Source: Candidatus Micrarchaeota archaeon RBG_16_49_10
Lineage (GTDB): Archaea > Aenigmatarchaeota > Aenigmatarchaeia > CG10238-14
Assembly (NCBI GenBank): GCA_001784635.1
Contig: MFRS01000003.1
Location: 30,777-94,776 of the forward strand
Length of the DNA: 64,000 nucleotides
Direction of reading: 5' to 3'
The translations under genes were made by a program, and so were the position numbers. Positions 56,910-64,000 of the stretch are shown here, piece after piece. Numbering within the stretch: the stretch's first letter is position 1; the number at the start of each line of letters is the position of its first letter. Below the pieces are notes generated by a model, which worked only from the letters and a program-made list of their open reading frames with translations, had not been told where the DNA came from and did no database searches.

Positions 56910-58142
56910 TCAATAAATCAACCCATAGACAAGCCATGTGAAGCCGGCAAAGTAAAGGGTTGTTGTCAGCATCAAATACCCCATATTGCTCGTTCTTTTG
57001 ACCCCCCAGGCTATAGGCAGGATGCCGATGCAGGTTGAAATAATCAGTATAAAAATACCTACCAATCCACTCAATATCAGGACCATAAGTACTGTGAAAA
57101 CCAATATCCAAATCGAAAGCACCTTGTAATTTATAGTCTCTAGGAAAGTCAGGCATTTTTTGCCTAGAAACCACGTGAAGAGCACGGAAAAACCCGCTGA
57201 AAACAGCACGACGCCTATGGAAAAAAGCAACTCCTTGGCTGTAAACACATCCACGACCTCTTTAATTGCAGCCGAAGATCCAGAGCGAATCTTGTCAAAA
57301 CTGTAGAGCGAGATAAGCGCAAAAAACATATTGGAGGAGTTGATGCCAGCTAGAGACCCAAGGAACTCCTTTTGTTCCATCCTAGTTATACACGACATGA
57401 GCACCCCAGCTTGGGACTCCCCTGCCCCAGGAAGGACACCTATCAACAACCCAGCGATTAAAGAGGACAAAACAATCTTTTTGATGTTCCCTACCTCAAA
57501 AAAACCGTCAGCTATCTGCTTCGGTATTTTACTTTGCTCGTTCAGGCTCAATAATATCCCTGCCACCCCAAACATACCTGTAAGCGAAGGAAAAAGAGCC
57601 TTATCAGCGCTTATCATCACGGAATTTAGCGTGAGTATTCCCCAAAAACCGGAAATCACATATAAAAGAATAGAACAAAACATTTTCTTCCAACTCTTTT
57701 CGAGTAAAATCATCCACAATGTGAGGCCGGCCAGCAGATAGTGAAGATACGGATACAAATGATTGTTCAAAATAGGTATGAAAAAGATTAAAATCGGGAG
57801 CATTATTATGCAAAAAATTAGAGTGAAAAAAGACCCGCAAAGGCTAATGAAAAGGGCATCCAACCCTTTCCCCTCGAGAACCATTCTGTGGCCTGGGAGG
57901 ACATTCACAACGGTTTCAGGATCAGGTACGGATAGAAAAATAGCCGGTATGTAGTTAAAAACTATATTGGATGTTGCCACGGCCAATATGAACGCAATCA
58001 GACCATAACCTGTGAATTTTGACAGAAAGGGCATCAGTGATATCAGAATAACGAACACCTGATTTGGGTGTACACCAGGGGTGAGGCCGGCCACGAGGCC
58101 CACTAAAAGGCCAATAAAACTAAACACTAGTATGTCAATCAT
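56910..58142 (-). CDS. TctA-family (DUF112) membrane protein
   Basis: GLTPGVHPN, IPAIFLSVPD, VLPGHRMVLEG.G, LTGMFG; highly hydrophobic. Confidence 0.85.
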   Translation of the reverse strand: MIDILVFSFIGLLVGLVAGLTPGVHPNQVFVILISLMPFLSKFTGYGLIAFILAVATSNIVFNYIPAIFLSVPDPETVVNVLPGHRMVLEGKGLDALFISLCGSFFTLIFCIIMLPILIFFIPILNNHLYPYLHYLLAGLTLWMILLEKSWKKMFCSILLYVISGFWGILTLNSVMISADKALFPSLTGMFGVAGILLSLNEQSKIPKQIADGFFEVGNIKKIVLSSLIAGLLIGVLPGAGESQAGVLMSCITRMEQKEFLGSLAGINSSNMFFALISLYSFDKIRSGSSAAIKEVVDVFTAKELLFSIGVVLFSAGFSVLFTWFLGKKCLTFLETINYKVLSIWILVFTVLMVLILSGLVGIFILIISTCIGILPIAWGVKRTSNMGYLMLTTTLYFAGFTWLVYGLIY

Positions 58143-58275
58143 AATTGTAATATTTTTTTATAAAAATAAAAAACCTTAGAAACTTTTAATATATATATTT
58201 ATAATAATAGAAATAATTTCCTTCGAGCAAGTTTATGGAATTAAATATATATATTAAATAACCAAATTTCTAGAT

Positions 58276-58599
58276 ATGATACCTGGTTTGGATCCTAACA
58301 AGATGCAGCAGATGCTGAAGCAGCTTGGCATGAAGATGGAAGAGTTAAGCTCCTCTAAAGTCATTATAAAAAGGAAGGAGGGGGATATAGTTATAGAAAA
58401 CCCCCAAGTGATCAAGACTACCATGAAAGGACAAATTGTCTACCAAGTTTCCGGTAGCGTTCAAGAAGACTCTTTTTCCGAAGATGACATAAAACTTGTC
58501 TCTGAGCAGACAGGAGTGAAAGATAAAGAAGAAATCAAAAAGGCGCTAACTGAAACAAAAGGCGATGTCGTGGAAGCCATAATGAAGCTGAAGGGCTAA
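58276..58599 (+). CDS. nac: Nascent polypeptide-associated complex protein
   Basis: PNKMQQMLKQLGM, YQVSG, EDDIKLV.EQTGV, GDVVEAIMKL. Confidence 0.93.
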   Translation: MIPGLDPNKMQQMLKQLGMKMEELSSSKVIIKRKEGDIVIENPQVIKTTMKGQIVYQVSGSVQEDSFSEDDIKLVSEQTGVKDKEEIKKALTETKGDVVEAIMKLKG

Positions 58600-60305
58600 C
58601 CTTTTTTAAAATACTCGTAGAGTTGTTCCGAAAAGCCAAGCCCTACTAGGATGCCGAAAGCCCCAATCATGGAAATGGTCTTAAAGCTGTCAATCGCGAA
58701 GAAGGAAACAATTAATAGGATGCCCAATCCCAAAACAATATACAAATCTAGATTTCCTAACCTATCTTTTTTAATATTGATGTTATTAAATAAAAATAGA
58801 ATCGAATTTATTCCTGTAGCTAATAAGACCCCCACCAAAAATTTGTTGTCAACAATCACTTTAATAATGAAAAGGTTGAATGACACTAAGAAAAGCGTAA
58901 AAACTGTAAGATAACCAAGTTTGTTCTTGAAGCTATCCTTTTGCAATATTATGAAAACCACTGAAGAGGAAACGGCCACAAATAAAACGACCTTGAAAAT
59001 ACTCGCGGCAACAACTACTAGAGTAACTAGCGTCAACACACCAAGACTTACAACAAAATTAAGCGGCTGTTTATTTCTAAGGAAGGTCACAACCGAAGCG
59101 ATAACAATAAAGGAAAAAATTCCCAAAGAGCTCATATTCAGAAAGCTTTTATCCCTCGTCAATTGCTCTTCACCTATAATCTGGAGTTCCCCTATCCTTT
59201 TTGTGTTTAAAAAAGCAACCAGAGTAGCCATCTTATCCTCGGCCATTTTTCTGTCTTTTTCAAAACCAAAAACTATCAACCTCGAAACTTTCTGTCCGGC
59301 ATCACTCCCAGAAACCGGCATCCTGAGAAATTCCTTGCCGTCTATCGACACAATCATCGGCTCCTTCAAATAGGGTTCTCCTAGGCTATTTATGGTGGAT
59401 TCTTGGTTTTTAGTCACTTTCTCAAACTTTTCAGACCCTTCAGCCGTCAGTTCAACTTGAAACATGAAACCATAGAGGCCTCCTTGTCGGAAGATGTTGC
59501 TGTTTCCAGATCCTGTCAATGCAGTTATTATATCCCCATCTTCAAGGACATTCATCAGGAAATCAGTCTCATTAGCCTCTATTTTGTCTATTTTGAAATC
59601 GACACCATCAACCGTAAGGGAATCTCCTTCCCCGAAACTAGAGCCTTGGAAAACAACAGTGCCATTATCAACTTGGAACTCGTACTTGCTTTCAGAAAGC
59701 TGAATTGTACTAACCCCATTCTTCAATTTTACCTTCTGTATAAGGCCGAAATTAACTATTCCCGGCTCTATTATCTTTTTTATTTTGCTCTCATCGCTAG
59801 GCGTGAAGCTTAGCTCTATCTTATCGCCCGCCTCTATCTTGAATTCAGAAACCCCAATTATCTTGGCTCTTTCGGAGATTTTATCAGAGATAATTTGGAC
59901 GTCACCCATAGGGGTTGCCCCAATCGGCTTTAGTATTATTTTTTTCCCACCGTTAAGACTCAAACCGAAGATTATAGGATTCTCTTTCAGGCTGGCTACC
60001 TCCAAAATTAACTCCTTATCAGCTGGAACCGCGCACATTCTTGGATTGCCGTCCACTATGAAATTATAGCTCTCCCCTCTCTTTTCAATTTCCTGATAGA
60101 AACCCTCGACACTGGCAACTTTCCTACCATTTACACTTGTGATGACCGAACCTTCAGTCAGACTCTCTTGGCAGGCCGAATCCTCTGAGACTGAAACAAC
60201 CAAAACACCCGATTTGCTGAAAAAAACCGGGTAAATAACAAAAATTACAGAAAGGAAAATCATTAAAAGGAAAACAGAAACATGAACCTTACCTTGTATT
60301 TTCAT
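58596..60305 (-). CDS. Divergent SecD-like membrane protein with PDZ-like insert
   Basis: N-terminal TM, PDZ-like GVLVVSV...GSVITSVNG, SecD-like GLSLNGG..I.LKP and ELTAEGSEKF..VT, C-terminal multi-TM block. Confidence 0.6.
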   Translation of the reverse strand: MKIQGKVHVSVFLLMIFLSVIFVIYPVFFSKSGVLVVSVSEDSACQESLTEGSVITSVNGRKVASVEGFYQEIEKRGESYNFIVDGNPRMCAVPADKELILEVASLKENPIIFGLSLNGGKKIILKPIGATPMGDVQIISDKISERAKIIGVSEFKIEAGDKIELSFTPSDESKIKKIIEPGIVNFGLIQKVKLKNGVSTIQLSESKYEFQVDNGTVVFQGSSFGEGDSLTVDGVDFKIDKIEANETDFLMNVLEDGDIITALTGSGNSNIFRQGGLYGFMFQVELTAEGSEKFEKVTKNQESTINSLGEPYLKEPMIVSIDGKEFLRMPVSGSDAGQKVSRLIVFGFEKDRKMAEDKMATLVAFLNTKRIGELQIIGEEQLTRDKSFLNMSSLGIFSFIVIASVVTFLRNKQPLNFVVSLGVLTLVTLVVVAASIFKVVLFVAVSSSVVFIILQKDSFKNKLGYLTVFTLFLVSFNLFIIKVIVDNKFLVGVLLATGINSILFLFNNINIKKDRLGNLDLYIVLGLGILLIVSFFAIDSFKTISMIGAFGILVGLGFSEQLYEYFKKG

Positions 60306-60370
60306 TTAAACCAACAACATTTTTAATTATTAAAATTTATTTTATAAAGTTTAAGTTTATTTAGATTAAG

Positions 60371-61378
60371 ATGTCAGCCCTTTTTATAGCTTTGGTAGTG
60401 GCTTTTTTGGCGACATTCTTTTCTGCTAAGTATTTCATCACCAAATTTAAGGCAATAGGGCTTGTTAGCACGGACATCAACAAGAAAGAGAAGCCTATAG
60501 TCCCTGAAATGGGTGGGATAGCCATATTTTTCGGGATGATGCTCGGCCTTTCGATAATAATATTGGCTGGGGCCAAAAACACCATAGAGCTTTTGGCTGT
60601 CTTGTCTACAGTCCTCCTTTCAACGGTATTCGGCATTCTGGACGGTATATTCGGGTATTTGGGGTATGAGGGCAAGATAACAAGAAAATCAAGAAAATGG
60701 AAAAGGGGGATAACACAATTACAACATGCCATTTTCCCTTTACTGTGTAGCATACCACTAATAGCAATAAAGGCCGGGCACTACTCAATGGCACTCCCAC
60801 TGATTGGCGATGTTAATTTAGGTCTTTTGTACCCTTTTCTAATAATCCCGCTCATAGTTACAATCTACAATAATGCCTTCAACATGATAGCCGGCATGAA
60901 TGGTTTGGAGGCCGGTTCTGGTTTAATTATATCTTTAGGGCTTTTAGTGTGTGGTATCATCTTAGGCCAGAATATTGTCATAACTTTATCCTCGCTTCTT
61001 GCAGTTTGCTTGTTAGCGTTCCTATTTTTCAATTTCTACCCCGCAAAAGTGTTCCCAGGGGATATAACACCTTTCATAGTGGGGTCTGTCTTGGCCAGTG
61101 CTATTATACTTGGGAATATAGAGAAGGTGGGCGTCATAATAATAGGGCTTTACTATTTGGAGTTCCTTCTGAAGCTCCGTAGCGGGTTCAAGGCGCAGTC
61201 CTTTGGCGTTGTGCAGGAAGACGGAAGTTTAAAGGCCCCTCATGAAAAGATATACTCTCTTACCCATTTGGTCATGAAGTTAGGCGGCGGCAAGCTCAAG
61301 GAAAGACAAATCGTCACTATCATAATATTGCTTCATTCAATACCAATTCTTTTGGCGCTCCTGACGCTCAGTTTTTGA
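60371..61378 (+). CDS. MraY/GPT-family polyprenyl-phosphate GlcNAc-1-P transferase (AglH-like)
   Basis: DINK, VPEMGG, NAFNMIAGMNGLE, FNFYPAKVFPGD; multiple TM helices. Confidence 0.88.
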   Translation: MSALFIALVVAFLATFFSAKYFITKFKAIGLVSTDINKKEKPIVPEMGGIAIFFGMMLGLSIIILAGAKNTIELLAVLSTVLLSTVFGILDGIFGYLGYEGKITRKSRKWKRGITQLQHAIFPLLCSIPLIAIKAGHYSMALPLIGDVNLGLLYPFLIIPLIVTIYNNAFNMIAGMNGLEAGSGLIISLGLLVCGIILGQNIVITLSSLLAVCLLAFLFFNFYPAKVFPGDITPFIVGSVLASAIILGNIEKVGVIIIGLYYLEFLLKLRSGFKAQSFGVVQEDGSLKAPHEKIYSLTHLVMKLGGGKLKERQIVTIIILLHSIPILLALLTLSF

Positions 61379-61383
61379 AATAC

Positions 61384-62040
61384 CTAAGAGTATAGGTCAT
61401 CTAAAATCCACTTTGCGGCCTCAAGGAAGTTCTCAACTATCTGGATTCTCCCTTTAAGTTTTGGTTTGTTCATCAATTTTTCGACTTTCCCCTTTTCTTT
61501 ATCATTTGATCCGTTAAGAACTAAGACCGATTTTCCACCTGCATTGATACCCATCTCAATGTCCTGCTTCAAATCCCCAATCATGTATATAACTGAATTC
61601 CCGATTTTATTCCCATCGGCTTCAACAACATTTTTCATCATCCCAATATCCGGTTTCCTTCTGGGAGTTCTCAACTTGACATATTTCCAGTCAACGTTAC
61701 TGAGGCTAAGTCTACCTTCAAGTGCTCTTCTAATGACATATCCAAAAAGAGGGACATGAAATGACAACTCATATCCATCAATTCTGCCCCCGGCCTCCCT
61801 AGTAATTTTCATTATGTACTCTGTAATTTCTCTGGCCCTTCCCTCTGAAAAATAACCAATAGCAACACCGGACTGGTTCGAAGCTATGTGGATTTTTATC
61901 TCATCTCGCCCACCCAACAACCTCAATCCATCAATAACCCCACCATGAAACTCTAAATTGTCGGCCCAATTGTCATCTCCCCCATAGTAACCCAAATCCC
62001 GGTTTAATGTACCATCTCTATCAACAAAGATGTAAATCAT
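61384..62040 (-). CDS. gmhB: HAD-IIIA phosphatase, GmhB-like heptose bisphosphate phosphatase
   Basis: FVDRDGTLN, SNQSG, RKP..GM, YMIGD...DI..G. Confidence 0.78.
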   Translation of the reverse strand: MIYIFVDRDGTLNRDLGYYGGDDNWADNLEFHGGVIDGLRLLGGRDEIKIHIASNQSGVAIGYFSEGRAREITEYIMKITREAGGRIDGYELSFHVPLFGYVIRRALEGRLSLSNVDWKYVKLRTPRRKPDIGMMKNVVEADGNKIGNSVIYMIGDLKQDIEMGINAGGKSVLVLNGSNDKEKGKVEKLMNKPKLKGRIQIVENFLEAAKWILDDLYS

Positions 62041-62101
62041 TTTAATCGTCTCGGCGTTAATTGTGATATTTATTAGGAACAAATAACCATAAAATACGAA
62101 T

Positions 62102-63142
62102 TTATTCGCTGTAAATCACTCTTCCCCCCCTTACCTCCCTTTCAATCTTGTAGGGGATTTGCATGATGTCTATTCCTAACTTTTCCCTAGCTCTTCTACT
62201 AAACCTGTCATTGAAACCCTCCCTAGAGTCGCCTTCCACATAAACTAAAAATGCCCCTCCAAGGCCAGCCCCTGACAGCTTAGCTCCAGTCGCCCCCTCT
62301 TCCTTGGCAATGGCATACAATTCATCCACGACGTTATTGGTGACATCACCCAGTTCCCTTTTAAGCTTCCACCCTTTATCCAAAAGTTCCCCGATAGAAC
62401 TCAAATCCCCTTTAACTAGCTTCTCATAACCTTCCTTCGCCAAACTCCTCAAACCTTCTAAATATTCCAGATTCCTTTTGGCGTTCATCCCCTGTGTCTT
62501 GAGGCTTTTTTCTGCCGATTTTACCCTGTTTATACCAGTATAATATAGGATTAGAGAACCTTCTATTTCCTCGAAAGCTTCTTCGGATAGTGGTAAAGGA
62601 TTGATCAAGACTTCCCCTTCTGGTAAAAATCTTATGTAATTGGCTCCCCCATAGGATGAAGCATATTGGTCCTGCTTCCCGCAGTGCTTCCCTAAAATCT
62701 CCCTCTCAATTTTGTAAGCTTTTCTGGCTATACCCTCTTGGGTCACATCTTTCCCTACTAATTCATACAACGCAAGTAAAGTCGCTACGGTTACAGCAGC
62801 TGATGAACCAAGGCCAGACTGAGCTGGTATCTGACCTGTGAAATTTATTTCTATTCCATAGGACAAATCCGGGTCAACGAGCTTTATAGCCTCCCTAACC
62901 AAGTCATGCCCTAGTTCTTCTAGGTAGTCTACCTCCTCAGGATTTCCGGACCAACCAACCCTTATTTTTTTGTCGTAATACCTAGGAGTTAAAATGGCAG
63001 TTACCCCCAAGTCCGTCGTGAAGCTGACAACAGCGCCCCCTTCGTTTAATATAGTGAAGGCTTCCGGTAAATCTGTCGCCCCTCCGAATAAGCTAATTCT
63101 GTAAGGAGCTTTAGCAATAATAAGTCTTTTATGACGAGCCAT
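62102..63142 (-). CDS. hddA: GHMP kinase, HddA-like heptose-7-phosphate kinase
   Basis: APYRISLFGGATD, PAQSGLGSSAA, GKQDQYA..YGG, GAKLSGAG.GG. Confidence 0.78.
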   Translation of the reverse strand: MARHKRLIIAKAPYRISLFGGATDLPEAFTILNEGGAVVSFTTDLGVTAILTPRYYDKKIRVGWSGNPEEVDYLEELGHDLVREAIKLVDPDLSYGIEINFTGQIPAQSGLGSSAAVTVATLLALYELVGKDVTQEGIARKAYKIEREILGKHCGKQDQYASSYGGANYIRFLPEGEVLINPLPLSEEAFEEIEGSLILYYTGINRVKSAEKSLKTQGMNAKRNLEYLEGLRSLAKEGYEKLVKGDLSSIGELLDKGWKLKRELGDVTNNVVDELYAIAKEEGATGAKLSGAGLGGAFLVYVEGDSREGFNDRFSRRAREKLGIDIMQIPYKIEREVRGGRVIYSE

Positions 63143-63218
63143 AACATTAATTCCAAAAACAATCTTTAATAGAAAGCCGGAATCAAAATAGAAATAGATA
63201 AAAATATCATTTATTTCG

Positions 63219-63950
63219 ATGATAGAGTCTAGTGTTTCTATTGTTTTGCCTGTCTATAATGAAGAAAGAATACTTGAAAAAAATTCTTTAAAAGTTTTGG
63301 ATTATTGTGAAAATATATTCAAAAAATTTGAAATAGTCATAGCTGATAACGGTTCCACTGATAAGACACCAGATATAGGGAGAAATTTAGCCAAAAAATA
63401 TAAAAAAATCAAATACCTTCGTTTGGAGAAACGGGGCAGAGGGAGAGCATTAAAAACGGCATGGACAATCTCCAAAGCAGATATATTTTGTTACATGGAC
63501 GCGGACCTTGCTACCGATTTGAAGCATCTTGAACAATTGATCAAACTAGTTGAAGAAGGGTATGATATAACGTACGGTTCGCGGCTCTCTAAAGAATCAA
63601 AAGTTGAGAGATCGGCAAAAAGAAATTTACTTTCAATAGGTTATAATTTTCTTTTCCGTATAGCCTTTAACACAAAAATTGCCGATCCTCAATGTGGTTT
63701 TAAAGCCGTAAATAAAACAATTGTTAAAAAAATAGTACCTCTTGTGAAGGAGAAAGGTGGGCCTTTTGACGCTGAACTTTTGCTGATTTCTGAGAGATTG
63801 GGTTATAAGCTCAAAGAAGTTCCGGTGAAATGGGCTGATACGCGCCTATTGGACGGGGAAAAATCCCGTTTCAACCTTTTTGAAGAGACAAAAAAACACA
63901 TAACTCTAATCTGGCGCCTAAGAAAAAATATCAAAACAATTAAAAATTAA
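63219..63950 (+). CDS. GT2 glycosyltransferase (dolichyl-phosphate hexosyltransferase-like)
   Basis: VLPVYNE, ADNGSTD, YMDADL, GSR, DPQCGFKA, FDAELL. Confidence 0.92.
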   Translation: MIESSVSIVLPVYNEERILEKNSLKVLDYCENIFKKFEIVIADNGSTDKTPDIGRNLAKKYKKIKYLRLEKRGRGRALKTAWTISKADIFCYMDADLATDLKHLEQLIKLVEEGYDITYGSRLSKESKVERSAKRNLLSIGYNFLFRIAFNTKIADPQCGFKAVNKTIVKKIVPLVKEKGGPFDAELLLISERLGYKLKEVPVKWADTRLLDGEKSRFNLFEETKKHITLIWRLRKNIKTIKN

Positions 63951-64000
63951 GCTGTTAATAATAATCACATGAAATACGACGGGCTTTTCCTTATTTTTTT

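Noticed and set aside
1..64000. CRISPR arrays, transposases, integrases, inteins, defence systems, 16S/23S rRNA
   Set aside because: No regularly spaced repeats or diagnostic motifs were seen; PolB, Cdc6, RNAP subunits and Hel308 have normal lengths with no intein insertions

Overview
Core-genome window of an archaeon. The small divergent genes, split RpoA/RpoB, intron-rich tRNAs and delta-like PolB suggest a DPANN lineage, possibly Aenigmarchaeota (inference). It contains the 5S rRNA-tRNA-Asp-rpoH/B''/B'/A'/A''-L30e-nusA-S12-S7-EF2-EF1a-(ORFan)-S10 superoperon, DNA ligase, ThrRS, a tRNA-Gln(UUG)/Trm9/Ncs6/Elp3/CCA/GluRS cluster, two more r-protein clusters, Hel308, DnaG, Hjc, an ORB-defined replication origin and glycosylation genes at the right end. 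There are seven tRNAs; five carry introns and two carry two introns. The most striking feature is the origin-linked operon cdc6 - catalytically dead DP1 (PolD small subunit) homologue - Pol delta-like PolB ending in a DP2-type zinc finger. This is a candidate eukaryote-like two-subunit B-family replicase in the slot where cdc6-DP1-DP2 normally sits, and it is bracketed by two ORB clusters. Other highlights are a cluster of TTCACGTGAA (parS-core-like) sites beside an AAA+/wHTH gene, a tRNA-Gln with a position-10/11 intron and a duplicated acceptor strand, and a tRNA-Pro overlapping the end of hel308. No transposase, integrase, CRISPR array or provirus was seen. All protein assignments come from motif recognition by eye; no searches were run.
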